DNA of 64,000 bases, from contig CAZSKS010000003.1 of NCBI GenBank assembly GCA_964607465.1, positions 7,818 to 71,817 on the forward strand, read 5' to 3'. Origin of the DNA: an uncultured Gemmatimonadota bacterium (lineage in GTDB: Bacteria; Gemmatimonadota; Gemmatimonadetes; Palauibacterales; Palauibacteraceae). The notes beneath the pieces were generated by a model, which saw nothing but the letters and a program-made list of their open reading frames with translations, searched no databases and had not been told where the DNA came from. Both the position numbers and the translations under genes were made by a program. Positions 41,199 to 51,299 of the stretch are shown in pieces. Position 1 is the first letter of the stretch. Every line of letters starts with the position of its first letter.

Positions 41199-41915
41199 AT
41201 GGGTTGGTTCGGACGATCCGCCGACGAGGATCCCGAGGTCCTCCGGCGCCGGATGGTGGAGCAGCAGATCGAGCGGCGCGGCGTGCGAGACGAGCGGGTG
41301 CTCGCCGCCCTCCGGGAGGTGCCCCGCCACGTCTTCGTGCCGGGGCGGAGCGTCTCCGACGCCTACGCCGACCGCGCCCTCCCCATCGGACACGACCAGA
41401 CGATCTCGCAGCCCTACATCGTGGCCAGCATGACGCGGTCGCTCGAGCCGGCGCCCGGCCTCCGGGTCCTCGAGGTGGGGACCGGCTCCGGTTACCAGGC
41501 GGCCGTCCTGGCGGCCTGCGAGATGGACGTGTTCAGCGTGGAGCGGATCCCGGAGCTGCACCGGCAGGCGCGACGCAACCTGGAGGAGGCCGGCTACCTT
41601 CCGCGGGTGCGGCTCCGGCTGGGCGACGGATCCCGGGGATGGCCCGAGGAGGCGCCCTTCGACCGGGTCGTGGTCACCGCCGCCGCCGACCGTCTGCCCG
41701 ATCCGCTGGTGGAGCAGACGGCGCCGGGCGGCCTCCTGGTGGCGCCGGTGGGGGGGCGCATGATGCAGAAGATCTACCGCTACCGGAAGCGGGAGGACGG
41801 GACCCTGGACCGCGAGGAGCTGGAGGGCGCGCGCTTCGTCCCGCTGGTCCGGGAGTCGCCTTCCGACGCGGAGAGGGGCGGCGACGGGCGGGACGGGGGC
41901 GACGGCAGGAGCTGA
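41199..41915 (+). CDS. pcm: Protein-L-isoaspartate O-methyltransferase
   Basis: Motifs QTISQPYIVA, VLEVGTGSGYQAAVLA and LLVAPVG. Confidence 0.85.
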   Translation: MGWFGRSADEDPEVLRRRMVEQQIERRGVRDERVLAALREVPRHVFVPGRSVSDAYADRALPIGHDQTISQPYIVASMTRSLEPAPGLRVLEVGTGSGYQAAVLAACEMDVFSVERIPELHRQARRNLEEAGYLPRVRLRLGDGSRGWPEEAPFDRVVVTAAADRLPDPLVEQTAPGGLLVAPVGGRMMQKIYRYRKREDGTLDREELEGARFVPLVRESPSDAERGGDGRDGGDGRS

Positions 41916-41939
41916 CCGGGCCGCCGGGCCGACGGCCGG

Positions 41940-43601
41940 TCAGCGCTTCGCCCGCTCCCCCTGGTCCTCGACGCGGAAGACCCACGCCGCCAGCACGCCC
42001 GGCCGGATCTCCCCCGTCCGGCCCCGCACGTCCAGGTCGGTGGCCGATCCCTCCTCGGGCCCCGGGGCCCGCACCTGCTCCTGCAGGTAGCCGCGGCACC
42101 GCTCGCCCCACCGCTGCCAGGCGACCGGTCGGAGGTCCACCCAGCCGCGCTCCGCGCACCGGTCCACGTCCAGGTCCTCCCCGGGGCCGGGCGCCACCTT
42201 CATCTCCGGCCCCCGCAGGAGCCGCTCTCCGTCGGCCAGCAGGACGGGGAGGCCGATGGAGAGGATGTCCGACCGGAGCCTCCGGTCCTCCCGGATCTCC
42301 TGGCCGGCTCGCGCCGCGGCGTCGTCGGGATCCAGGGCGGCCGCCGCCTCCAGGTCGTCGTACAGCCGCTCCAGCAGGGCGCCCTCGAACAGCAGCTTGC
42401 TCAGCCGCGGCGGCCCCAGCATCTCGAAGGCCACCGACCGGACGTCGTGCTCCTCCTCCAGCTCCTCCATCTTCCGGAGGGCCGCCTCCCGGAGGACGCC
42501 TCCACGGTAGGTGGGCCCGAAGCTGGCCGCGTCCAGCGCCGACACGATGTCCCGGCCCGTGGGCCGTCCCTCGATCTCCGCCACCACGGCGTCGGCGATC
42601 TCCTCCGGCGTCACGACCTCCATCATCCGGAGCGTCGAGATGGACTCGAACTCGCCCAGGCTGAACAGGCCGTTCTCCCCGGCGTCCAGGTAGACCGACT
42701 CCAGCACCTCACCCGTGTCCTCGTACGCCCCCTCGGGCGGCGCCCCCAGGGCCCGGGTCACCGGCACGGCCTCGGTGGCGTCGTAGCGGACCACCGGCTC
42801 GCCGGCCCGCCGGATGGGGCCGTAGCCGATCCGTTTCCAGGCGATGGCGGCGGTGGGCTTGACCTCCTTGACCGCCGGCGCCCCCGGGGTGCGCCCCATC
42901 AGGAAGAGGAGGAGCGAGTGGGCCCCCGCCACGCTCGCCTTGGCCAGGAGGGTGGCCGACGGCCGCTCCTCGGAGTGGGTGAAGGGGATGTTCAGGCCCA
43001 TGCCGCCGGTCCCGGACGTCCCGATCTTCAGGTAGGCCTCCGTGCCCACCCGCTTCATCGCCTGCAGCAGGATCTGGATGTGCCGGATGAGCTGGGGCAG
43101 GTAGAGCGAGGAGAGGTGGGTCTCGATCTCCGCCCGGGTGGGACCGTCCCCGTCCTCCAGGGAACGGCGCAGCGACTCGGCCGACGTGAAGACGTCCTGG
43201 TAGGCGATGGCCGTGGCCGTGTTGACGCAGTCCAGCAGGATGTCGGGACGGTGCCGCTCCAGGAGGGAGGCCAGGCCCGAGCGGTCGTAGGCCTCCTCGT
43301 CCAGGGGGCCGAAGATGTCGGCCAGCAGCTGGGCGCGGCCGTCGGGGGTGGCCAGCAGCTCCGAGCGGGCGGCGCCCTGGTGCTCCTCCCGGAGGAAGAG
43401 GTCGCCGTGATCCGGCACGATCTCGACCCCCGCGGCAGCCGCCCGGTCCCGCAGCTCGCCCACCGCCTCCCGGGCCTCGGCCTCCCGGAGCCCGCACACG
43501 ACCAGCCGGGCCGGGCCCCGCTCCAGGATCCGGCGGGCGATGGCCATGCCCACCAGCCCCGTGCCGCCCAGGAGCACCACGTCTCGACCCTCGACGTCCA
43601 T
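41940..43601 (-). CDS. NAD(P)-binding Rossmann-fold protein of unknown function (saccharopine-dehydrogenase-like N-terminus?)
   Basis: N-terminal VVLLGGTGLVGMAIARRIL with GxGxxG. 553 aa with no confident family assignment. Confidence 0.5.
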   Translation of the reverse strand: MDVEGRDVVLLGGTGLVGMAIARRILERGPARLVVCGLREAEAREAVGELRDRAAAAGVEIVPDHGDLFLREEHQGAARSELLATPDGRAQLLADIFGPLDEEAYDRSGLASLLERHRPDILLDCVNTATAIAYQDVFTSAESLRRSLEDGDGPTRAEIETHLSSLYLPQLIRHIQILLQAMKRVGTEAYLKIGTSGTGGMGLNIPFTHSEERPSATLLAKASVAGAHSLLLFLMGRTPGAPAVKEVKPTAAIAWKRIGYGPIRRAGEPVVRYDATEAVPVTRALGAPPEGAYEDTGEVLESVYLDAGENGLFSLGEFESISTLRMMEVVTPEEIADAVVAEIEGRPTGRDIVSALDAASFGPTYRGGVLREAALRKMEELEEEHDVRSVAFEMLGPPRLSKLLFEGALLERLYDDLEAAAALDPDDAAARAGQEIREDRRLRSDILSIGLPVLLADGERLLRGPEMKVAPGPGEDLDVDRCAERGWVDLRPVAWQRWGERCRGYLQEQVRAPGPEEGSATDLDVRGRTGEIRPGVLAAWVFRVEDQGERAKR

Positions 43602-44342
43602 CTACTCCCCCTCGTCCCGACCGATGTCGCGCAGCGCGTCCCGCTCCGGTTCGTCCAGCCACCGCCATTCCCCCGACGGCAGGTCGCCCAGCTCCACGGG
43701 TCCGAAGGAGAGGCGCCGCAGGCGGCGGATCCGCGCGTCCAGGGCGTCCATCATGCGCCGGATCTCACGGTTGCGGCCCTCGTGGAGCGTCACGAGCAGG
43801 AGCTCCCCCTCCCCCTCCGGGTCCGGCAGGAGGCTGGCCGCGTCGGCCGCCGCCGGGCCGTCCTCCAGCTCCACGCCGGCCAGCGTCCGCTCGGCGACCC
43901 CGTCGGGCACCGGAGGATGGAGGGCGACCTCGTAGCGCTTCTCCGTCCCGCTGGAGGGATGCAGGACCCGGTGAGCGACGTCGCCCTCGTTCGTCAGCAG
44001 GAGCAGGCCCTCGCTGAGGAAGTCCAGCCGCCCCACGTGGAAGAGGTCCTGCAGCTCCCCCTCCGGCAGCAGGTCGTAGACCGTGGGCCGTCCCCGGGGG
44101 TCCGAGCGCGTGCAAAGGTATCCGGGTGGCTTGTGGAGGGCGATCCATCGGGCCGGCTGCCGCTCCACCCGACGCCCGTCCACCTCCACCACCGCGCTCT
44201 CCGGATCCACCCGGCTCCCCAGCTCGGTGACCGTCCTCCCGTCCACGCGGACCCGGCCCGCGGCGATCAGCTCCTCGCTGGCCCGCCGCGAGGCGACACC
44301 GGCCCGGGAGAGGAACTTCTGCAGCCGGATCCCGTCATCCAT
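43602..44342 (-). CDS. rluB: Pseudouridine synthase, RsuA/RluB family
   Basis: S4 domain, catalytic HVGRLDFLSEGLLLLTNEGD, and a KRY motif. ATG at 44340-44342. Confidence 0.8.
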   Translation of the reverse strand: MDDGIRLQKFLSRAGVASRRASEELIAAGRVRVDGRTVTELGSRVDPESAVVEVDGRRVERQPARWIALHKPPGYLCTRSDPRGRPTVYDLLPEGELQDLFHVGRLDFLSEGLLLLTNEGDVAHRVLHPSSGTEKRYEVALHPPVPDGVAERTLAGVELEDGPAAADAASLLPDPEGEGELLLVTLHEGRNREIRRMMDALDARIRRLRRLSFGPVELGDLPSGEWRWLDEPERDALRDIGRDEGE

Positions 44343-45120
44343 CGGGAGCGTCGTCGTCCCCCACCGCGTCCCCCGCCACGTCCTCCGCTGCCTCCTCCGC
44401 GGCGTCCTCACGCACTTCCTCCTCCTCGGCCAGCGCCCGGATGCGGCGCACCGCCTCCTCCTCCGGGATCTCCTCACCGGCGTCCTCCCCCCCGGCGTCC
44501 TCCCCGCCGTCGGCGCCGATCGCCTCCACCCGGACGCCCGCTTCCGGCTCCGCCGCGTCCTCCTCCGGCTCCTCCTCCCCGGCGAAGTCCACCGGCTCCT
44601 CCCGCAGGCTGACCGGGATCTCCTCGGTGGCCGGGAGGTCGGAGAGGTCCTGGAAGCCGAAGTGGTCCAGAAATTTCCGGGTGGTGCCGTACAGGAGCGG
44701 GCGGCCCAGGCCCTCGCCCCGGCCCACCACCTCGATCAGCTCCCAGTCCTGCAACGTCGTCAGGACCGACGAGGAGCCGACGCCGCGGATCTCCTCGATC
44801 TCGACCCGGCCGATGGGCTGCCGGTAGGCCACGATGGCCAGCGTCTCCAGGGCGGCGTCCGAGAGGGTGGGAGATCGGGGGACCGAGTCGAAGCGCTCCA
44901 GGTAGGGGGCGTACTCCGGACGCGTCAGGAGCTGATATCCGTCGCCCAGCTGGTAGACCTGGAAGGCCCGCTCCTCGCGGTCGTAGCGCCGGCGGAGCTC
45001 AACCAGCGCGTCCCGCACGGCGTCCGCCGTGAGCGACTCGTCCGCCCGGGCCAGCTCGGCCGGCGTGAGCGGCGTCTGGCTGGCGAAGAGGGTCGCCTCG
45101 ACGATCTGCTCGGGGCTCAT
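44335..45120 (-). CDS. scpB: Segregation and condensation protein B
   Basis: MSPEQIVEATLFASQTPLTPAELA, a double winged-helix ScpB pattern, with an acidic tail. Confidence 0.85.
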   Translation of the reverse strand: MSPEQIVEATLFASQTPLTPAELARADESLTADAVRDALVELRRRYDREERAFQVYQLGDGYQLLTRPEYAPYLERFDSVPRSPTLSDAALETLAIVAYRQPIGRVEIEEIRGVGSSSVLTTLQDWELIEVVGRGEGLGRPLLYGTTRKFLDHFGFQDLSDLPATEEIPVSLREEPVDFAGEEEPEEDAAEPEAGVRVEAIGADGGEDAGGEDAGEEIPEEEAVRRIRALAEEEEVREDAAEEAAEDVAGDAVGDDDAPDG

Positions 45121-46013
45121 GGCGCGGCGTCCCGCTCCTGCGAGCCCCCGGCCCGGTTCACCGGCGCGTCCGGAGCCCGCTCCTCCGGCGTGCCGTCGCC
45201 GGCGGGCTCGCCTCCGGCCGACGTCCCGGGCGATTCGCGGGGCGCCTCGTCGCCCGTGGCCTCCCCGCCGGGACCCGGGAAGATCCAGATCGAGCCGAAG
45301 CGCTCCACCTGCTCCAGGCGGACCACCTGGCGGCGGGCCATCTCCAGGCACGCCAGGAACGAGGCCACCGCGTGGCTGCGGGTGCCCCAGGGCTGGAACA
45401 GCTTCTCGAAGGCCAGGCGCTTCACCGACCTCACCAGCCGCCCGAGCAGCGAGATCTTCTGCTCGACCGTCACCCGCCGGACCGGTGCCTCGTGGACGAT
45501 CTCCTCGGGAGGCTCGGGCACCTGGCGGGCCGCTTCCAGCAGCTCGTCGCGGCCCGTCTCCAGCTCCGTGTGCCGGGCCTCCGGCGTCGGCCGCGGCTCC
45601 ACGAACCCCTTGCCGAAGTGGCGGGCCCGCTCGGCCTCCCGGGAGGAGAGCAGCTGCGCCACCTCGTGGAAATGCTCGTATTCCAGCAGCCGCCGGACCA
45701 GCTCGGAGCGGGGGTCGTCGTCCCAGTCGGGCTCCCCGGGCCGAGGCAGGAGAAGCTGGGCCTTGATGCGGATCAGCGTCGAGGCCATCTCCACGAACTC
45801 CCCCGCCCGGTCCAGCTCCAGCCGCTCCAGGCCGGCCTCCAGCGCCGTCTGGAACTGCTGCGTGATCCGCGCGATGGGGATGTCGAAGATGTCGATGTCC
45901 TGGGAGCGGATCAGGTGGAGCAGCAGGTCCAGGGGGCCCTGGAAGCGCTCGAGCTCCACGACGAAGGGCTCGCTCTCCAGGAAGTCGGGTCGGGACGGGG
46001 CGGCAGCGCTCAC
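45117..46013 (-). CDS. scpA: Segregation and condensation protein A
   Basis: Motifs FQGPLDLLLHLIRSQDIDIFDIPIARITQQF and a kleisin C-terminal WH. Overlaps scpB by 4 nt. Confidence 0.85.
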   Translation of the reverse strand: MSAAAPSRPDFLESEPFVVELERFQGPLDLLLHLIRSQDIDIFDIPIARITQQFQTALEAGLERLELDRAGEFVEMASTLIRIKAQLLLPRPGEPDWDDDPRSELVRRLLEYEHFHEVAQLLSSREAERARHFGKGFVEPRPTPEARHTELETGRDELLEAARQVPEPPEEIVHEAPVRRVTVEQKISLLGRLVRSVKRLAFEKLFQPWGTRSHAVASFLACLEMARRQVVRLEQVERFGSIWIFPGPGGEATGDEAPRESPGTSAGGEPAGDGTPEERAPDAPVNRAGGSQERDAAP

Positions 46014-46026
46014 GGTCGTCCTCGCC

Positions 46027-46695
46027 TCAGCTCAGGGCCCGGGCCAGGTCCATGGACCACCCGAAAGCCGCCTCCACCGGAGCGAAGACCACGCCGAGCA
46101 GCTCGGGAAAGAGGAAGACGGCCGCCAGCAGGAGGATCGAGTAGCGACCGAGGCTCCTGTACGTCTCGGCGGCCCGGGGCGGCAGCAGGCTGCCCAGCGC
46201 GTGCGATCCGTCCAGCGGGGGGATCGGCAGCAGGTTGAAGAAGGCCAGGATCAGGTTGAAGAAGATCCCGAACCGGGCCATCCGCTGCAGGCCCTCCACC
46301 GCCCGGACCGCCCCCTCGCCGGACGCGGGCAGGCGGGAGAGCAGCGCCCAGCCGAGCACGCAGACCCCCACCAGGGCCAGGTTCGCCGTCACGCCGGCCA
46401 GGGAGACGAGCAGGTCCCCGCGACGCCCGTCCCGGAAGTTGGAGGGGTCGGTGGGCACCGGCTTCGCCCATCCGAACAGGAAGGAGCCGGGGGAGAGCCA
46501 TAGCGCCACGGGCACGACGAGGCTCCCCCACAGGCTCAGGTGCGGCACCGGGCTCAGGGTCAGGCGTCCGGCGAGGGCCGGCGTCGGGTCGCCCTGGGAG
46601 GCCGCCACCCTGGCGTGGGCCCACTCGTGGAGCACCACCGAGAGGAGGAGCATCGGGAAGACGACGACCAGGGTGGAGAGCTCGTCGCCGGTCAC
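46027..46695 (-). CDS. Site-2 protease family (M50) membrane metalloprotease
   Basis: HEWAH zinc motif and LDG motif NLLPIPPLDGSH. Multi-TM. Confidence 0.75.
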   Translation of the reverse strand: MTGDELSTLVVVFPMLLLSVVLHEWAHARVAASQGDPTPALAGRLTLSPVPHLSLWGSLVVPVALWLSPGSFLFGWAKPVPTDPSNFRDGRRGDLLVSLAGVTANLALVGVCVLGWALLSRLPASGEGAVRAVEGLQRMARFGIFFNLILAFFNLLPIPPLDGSHALGSLLPPRAAETYRSLGRYSILLLAAVFLFPELLGVVFAPVEAAFGWSMDLARALS

Positions 46696-46808
46696 GGCGT
46701 CTCCCGGTTGAGCGGGGCCGTCGCCGGGCGTATCTTCCAGAGCTGGACGAGGCCGTGCGTCATGCGAGGCACGGCGCCGAACACGACACCGAAGACGGAG
46801 AAGTCGAC

Positions 46809-47066
46809 GTGCCCACGATCAAGAGCGCCGAGAAGCGGCTCCGACAGTCGGAGAAGCGGCGGAACCACAACAAGTCCGTTCGCTCCCGGATCCGGACCGA
46901 GACCCGCAAGCTGATGGAGGCCGAGTCGGCCGACGAGGCCGAGGAGCACCTGCAGGAGCTGTACGCCCTCCTCGACCGCGCCGCGGCCAAGGACGTGATC
47001 CACGAGAACAAGGCGGCCCGGGAGAAGTCCCGGCTCGCCCGCCACGTCGAGGAGCTGAAGGCGTAG
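46809..47066 (+). CDS. rpsT: 30S ribosomal protein S20
   Basis: GTG start after a GGAGAAG RBS gives VPTIKSAEKRLRQSEKRRNHNKSVRSR. The upstream part of the track ORF is not homologous. Confidence 0.85.
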   Translation: MPTIKSAEKRLRQSEKRRNHNKSVRSRIRTETRKLMEAESADEAEEHLQELYALLDRAAAKDVIHENKAAREKSRLARHVEELKA

Positions 47067-47142
47067 GCCCCCTGCGGCCCGGCGCCGGCCTCCGGGCCGG
47101 CCGGGCCGCTGCCGCCGCGGGCCCCCGCGGTCCGAGCATCCC

Positions 47143-48201
47143 TCACCCTCCGGGTCCCTCCCGGTCCTCCTCCCCGGCCTCGTCGCCGTCGGAGGCCGAC
47201 TCCTCGTCCTGGTCCAGCTCCATGCCCAGGGTGTCCAGGGAGTCGGGCTCGTCCAGGGACAGCGACTCCAGGAAATCCAGCTCGTCGAAGTCGTCGGCTT
47301 CCTCGTCGCCGTCCGCCGCGGCGCCTCGCCCGCCCTCCGGCGTCGTGTCCTCGTCGCTCCCGGCGTCCCCGTCCGTGCCCGCTCCCGTGCCCGCCCCGGC
47401 GGCCCCGTCCTCCTCCGTCCCCACCGACCCGGGTCCCGTCTCGTCCGCATCCGCGAGCTCGGGCGCCGGCCATCCGTCCCCCCCCTCGATGGCGGGCTCT
47501 TCGTCGCCCGTCGACGTGTCGTCCGCGGCCTCCGACCTTCCCGTCTCGTCCGCCGTCTCCTCCGGCTCCGGCGCGCCGGCGACCTCCGGCCCGAACCCGG
47601 CCGCCGTCCCCGGCTCCCCGGAGGGCTCCCCGTCCGGCCCTCCGTCCGCGGGGCCGGCGGCGGGACCCTCGTCCGCTTCCGGCCGTGGGGCCCCGACGGC
47701 GGGCTCCTCCGCGCCGGCCACGGCCCCGCCCTCCAGGCCGGCCAGCTCGTCCAGCACTTCCTCCAGCCTCTCGACGGCGCCGCGCTCCCCCTCGAGGCTC
47801 TCCTCGAGGTCGTCCAGCACGTCGCGAAGCTCGCCCGACTCCTCCTCCCACTCGTCCTCCTCCAGCTCGCCCACCTCGTGGCGGAGCTCGACCTCCTCGA
47901 GCTCGGCCGCGCGCTCGTCGCGCTCCTCCTCCAGCTCCCGGACGGCCCCGCGCCGCTCGTCCAGGGCCCGCTCCAGGTCCGACCGGTGCTCGGAGAGGTG
48001 GTCCTCCACCTCGCTCAGCCGTCCCCGGTAATCGTCCCGCACCTTCTCGTAGACGGCCGGCCGCACGTCGTCCCTCCGCTCCTCCAGCCGCTCCAGCCAC
48101 TCCACGAGCGTCGAGCGGCTGCGCAGCAGCTCCTCGATCTGGGGTGGGATGACGTCCTCGTCGCTCGTTTCCGGTTCCATGCCGTCCTCGGTCGGGTTCA
48201 C
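47143..48201 (-). CDS. Hypothetical highly acidic coiled-coil protein with a disordered D/E-rich tail
   Basis: ATG in an ATGA overlap with the pyrC stop, with an AGGAG RBS. The first ~150 aa are coiled-coil like; the last ~200 aa are D/E/G/A-rich. The S/P-rich plus-strand ORF opposite it is judged antisense. Confidence 0.45.
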   Translation of the reverse strand: MNPTEDGMEPETSDEDVIPPQIEELLRSRSTLVEWLERLEERRDDVRPAVYEKVRDDYRGRLSEVEDHLSEHRSDLERALDERRGAVRELEEERDERAAELEEVELRHEVGELEEDEWEEESGELRDVLDDLEESLEGERGAVERLEEVLDELAGLEGGAVAGAEEPAVGAPRPEADEGPAAGPADGGPDGEPSGEPGTAAGFGPEVAGAPEPEETADETGRSEAADDTSTGDEEPAIEGGDGWPAPELADADETGPGSVGTEEDGAAGAGTGAGTDGDAGSDEDTTPEGGRGAAADGDEEADDFDELDFLESLSLDEPDSLDTLGMELDQDEESASDGDEAGEEDREGPGG

Positions 48202-49514
48202 GCGGCTCCTGCGGGCTCCGTGTCGTCGGCCGTGAAGCGAGTGACGCCGCCGACCACCGTGCGGCGGACCCGGCCCACCAGCTCGATGCCGCCGAAGGGG
48301 GTGTTACGGCTCCTGGAGCGGAAGCGGTCCGCGTCCACGGTCCACCGCTCGTCCGGGTCCAGCACCACCAGATCGGCCGGGGCACCGGCCGCCAGCCGCC
48401 CGCCGGGCAGGCCCATGATGCGCGCCGGTGCGCAGGCCATGCGATCGATCAGGTCGGGCAGCGTCATCGCCCCCGTCTCGACCATCTCCGTCACGGCCAC
48501 CCCGAAGGCGGTCTCCAGCCCCACGATCCCGAAGGGTGCGTCGTCGAACTCCCGCTCCTTCTCCTCGTAGTGGTGGGGCGCGTGGTCGGTGGCGATCACG
48601 TCGATGACCCCCTCGGCCAGCGCCTCCCGCACCGCCTGTCGGTCGTCCTCGGTGCGCAGCGGCGGGTTCATCTTGGCCTCCGTACGGTACCCGCGGACGG
48701 CCTCGTCGGTCAGGGCCAGGTGGTGGGGCGTCACCTCCGAGGTGACCCGGGCCCCGGCCTCCCGGGCGCGTCGGATGTGCTCCACGGCGGCCCGGGTGGA
48801 GACGTGGCAGACGTGCAGATGCCCGCCGGTGAGCTCGGCCACGAGGCAGTCCCGGGCCACCATGACGGCCTCGGCGGCGGCGGGCTGGCCCCGCAGGCCG
48901 AGCGCCGTGGAGATCCGCCCCTCGTGCATGACCCCGTGGGCCGACAGGCGCTTCTCCTCGGCGTGCTGCAGGACGGGCACCCCGAAGGTCTGCGTGTACT
49001 CGAGCAGGCGGCGGAGCAGCCCCGCGTCCCACACGGGCTCCCCGTCGTCGGAGACGGCCACCGCCCCGGCGGCCACCAGCTCGCCCACCTCCGTCATCTG
49101 CTCGCCCTTCCGGCCCACGGTGGCCGCCCCCACCGGCTGCACCCGGGCCCCCGCGGCGCGCTCCCCCTCGGCCCGCACGTAGCCGACGGCGGCGGGGTCG
49201 TCCACCGGCGGATCGGTGTTCGGCATGGCCCACACCGTCGTGAAGCCGCCGGCGGCGGCCGCCCGGGCGCCCGAGCGGATCGTCTCCTTGTGCTCGCCGC
49301 CGGGCTCCCGGAGGTGGACGTGGAGGTCGATGAAGCCCGGGGCCACGACCAGCCCCGAGACGTCCACCGCCTCGGCTTCCTCCGGCACGTCCTCCAGGGG
49401 ACCGACGGCCTCGATCTCGCCCCCGCGCACCAGGACGTCGCCGGGACCGTCCAGGCCCCGGCCGGGATCCAGCAGCCGTCCGCCCCGGTACACGGTGGGC
49501 CGCCCCTCCGTCAC
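48198..49514 (-). CDS. pyrC: Dihydroorotase
   Basis: Motifs [10 protein letters not shown] and ATDHAPH. GTG start [12 protein letters not shown] in a GTGA overlap with the pyrB stop. The 159-aa N-terminal extension in the track is spurious. Confidence 0.85.
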   Translation of the reverse strand: MTEGRPTVYRGGRLLDPGRGLDGPGDVLVRGGEIEAVGPLEDVPEEAEAVDVSGLVVAPGFIDLHVHLREPGGEHKETIRSGARAAAAGGFTTVWAMPNTDPPVDDPAAVGYVRAEGERAAGARVQPVGAATVGRKGEQMTEVGELVAAGAVAVSDDGEPVWDAGLLRRLLEYTQTFGVPVLQHAEEKRLSAHGVMHEGRISTALGLRGQPAAAEAVMVARDCLVAELTGGHLHVCHVSTRAAVEHIRRAREAGARVTSEVTPHHLALTDEAVRGYRTEAKMNPPLRTEDDRQAVREALAEGVIDVIATDHAPHHYEEKEREFDDAPFGIVGLETAFGVAVTEMVETGAMTLPDLIDRMACAPARIMGLPGGRLAAGAPADLVVLDPDERWTVDADRFRSRSRNTPFGGIELVGRVRRTVVGGVTRFTADDTEPAGAA

Positions 49515-50485
49515 TCCGCCCCCCGCTTGGCGGCCTCCGCCTGCTCCGGCCGGCCGCCGGCCAGCAGGTAGAGCACCGCCATGCGCACGGCGACGCCGTT
49601 GGTCACCTGCGGCAGGATGACCGAGCGCGGGCCGTCCGCCACGTCGGAGTCGATCTCCACCCCCCGGTTCATGGGGCCGGGGTGGAGGACCAGCAGCTCG
49701 TCGGACGCCCGCTCGAGGCGGTCGCTGCTGATCCCGAAGACCCGGTTGTACTCCCGCAGCGAGGGGACGAACCCGGCCTTCATCCGCTCCAGCTGCAATC
49801 GCAGGACGTACAGGGCGTCGGCCCACTCGATGGCTTCCTCCACGCGGCCCATCACCCGCACCCCCAGCTCCTCGATGCCCATGGGGACGAGGGTCCGGGG
49901 GGCGCACACGGCCACCTCCGCCCCCGTCTTCAGGAGGCCCCAGATGTTGGAGCGGGCCACCCGGGAATGGAGGATGTCGCCCACGATGCACACCTTCCGG
50001 CCCTCCAGGGAGCCGAAGTTGTCCCGCAGCGTCAGCAGGTCCAGCAGGGCCTGGGTCGGATGCTCGTGGCGGCCGTCGCCGGCGTTGATGACGTTGGAGG
50101 TGATGCGGTCGGCCAGGAAGCGGGCGGCGCCGGAGGAGCCGTGGCGCATCACCACCATGTCGATGCGCATGGCCTCCAGGTTCCGGGCCGTGTCCACCAG
50201 CGTCTCGCCCTTCTGCACCGACGAGCCCTTCGCGGAGACGTTCACCGTGTCGGCGCTGAGCCGCTTCTCGGCGAACTCGAAGGAGATGCGGGTCCGGGTG
50301 GACGGCTCGAAGAACAGGTTGACCACCGTCACGCCCCGGAGCACGGGGACCTTCTTGATGGGACGTTCGCTGATCTCCTTGAAGGGCTCGGCCGTGTCGA
50401 GGATCGTGCGGATCTGGTCCCCGGTGAGGTCCTCGAGCCCGACCAGGTCCTTGCCCAGGCCGGCGCCCGGCTCCTCGGCCGTCAC
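49511..50485 (-). CDS. pyrB: Aspartate carbamoyltransferase catalytic subunit
   Basis: Motifs [14 protein letters not shown] and HPGP. GTG start in a GTGA overlap with the pyrR stop. Confidence 0.9.
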   Translation of the reverse strand: MTAEEPGAGLGKDLVGLEDLTGDQIRTILDTAEPFKEISERPIKKVPVLRGVTVVNLFFEPSTRTRISFEFAEKRLSADTVNVSAKGSSVQKGETLVDTARNLEAMRIDMVVMRHGSSGAARFLADRITSNVINAGDGRHEHPTQALLDLLTLRDNFGSLEGRKVCIVGDILHSRVARSNIWGLLKTGAEVAVCAPRTLVPMGIEELGVRVMGRVEEAIEWADALYVLRLQLERMKAGFVPSLREYNRVFGISSDRLERASDELLVLHPGPMNRGVEIDSDVADGPRSVILPQVTNGVAVRMAVLYLLAGGRPEQAEAAKRGAE

Positions 50486-51042
50486 CCGTCCCCCTCCACC
50501 GGGACGAGCCGGACGGCCAGGTCGTCGTCGTGCTCGGGGACCGAGACGGCCACCTCCCGGCCGGGATCCACCTCCACGCTCCGCCCCACGTAGTCGGGCT
50601 GGATCGGCAGCTCCCGGCCGCCCCGGTCCACCAGGGTGCACAGCTCGATGCGCCGCGGACGGCCGAAGTCGGCCAGCTCGTCCATGGCCGCCCGGACGGT
50701 GCGGCCGGTGTGGAGGACGTCGTCCACGATGACGACCCGCCGGTCGTCCAGCTTCGCGGGCAGCTCGGTGGTGCCGATCACCGGCCGGGGGCCGATCTGC
50801 GCGAAGTCGTCCCGGTAGAGGGTGATGTCCAGGGAGCCGGTGGCCACCTCCCGGCCGGCCAGCTCCGAGATCCGCGCGGCGATCCTCCGGGCCAGGTCCA
50901 CGCCCCTCCGGCGGATTCCCACCACCAGCAGGTCCGTGGCGTCGGGCTCCCGCTCGTGGATCGAACGGGCCAGCTGGTCCAGGACCTCCTCGACCGCGGA
51001 GCGGTCCATGAGGATCGTCTCCCGGGAGGCCATCGCCAGCAT
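50482..51042 (-). CDS. pyrR: Bifunctional pyrimidine operon regulator / uracil phosphoribosyltransferase PyrR
   Basis: PRTase motif [13 protein letters not shown]. An AAGGAG RBS lies 5 nt before the ATG at 51040-51042. Confidence 0.85.
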   Translation of the reverse strand: MLAMASRETILMDRSAVEEVLDQLARSIHEREPDATDLLVVGIRRRGVDLARRIAARISELAGREVATGSLDITLYRDDFAQIGPRPVIGTTELPAKLDDRRVVIVDDVLHTGRTVRAAMDELADFGRPRRIELCTLVDRGGRELPIQPDYVGRSVEVDPGREVAVSVPEHDDDLAVRLVPVEGDG

Positions 51043-51299
51043 CTGCTCCTTGTGTCGGGCGCGGTGTCGTGTCGGACGTGCCGTCGTGCCGGGCGCGGTG
51101 TCCGGCGTGCGGAGAACGCGGCCCGGTCGGCGAGCCGCCGCAGCGATAATACGGACGCTCACCGGGCGGATCAACGGCCGCGGGGAGGCCCTTCCCGGCC
51201 GCTTTACAGGTTCCGGGGGGGCGTCTACCTTGCGGCGATTCGGCGCCCGAGCCCGAGGGGCGAGGGGCGCGACGACCGCGTGTACGGAAAGGGATCCGG
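51043..51299 (-). promoter_or_regulatory. 5' leader of the pyrR-pyrB-pyrC operon, a possible PyrR-binding attenuator (motif not confirmed)
   Basis: 257-nt GC-rich leader containing GGCCGGGAAGGGCCU, which loosely resembles the PyrR box UCCNGNGAGGYU. Confidence 0.25.

Noticed and set aside
47067-47142. Intrinsic terminators at convergent gene ends (e.g. after rpsT, 61700-61802)
   Set aside because: GC-rich inverted repeats are present (GGCCCGG...CCGGGCC, GGGCTGAGCCGG...CCGGCTCAGCCC) but lack U tracts. They may function with Rho or as U-less terminators and I did not call them.
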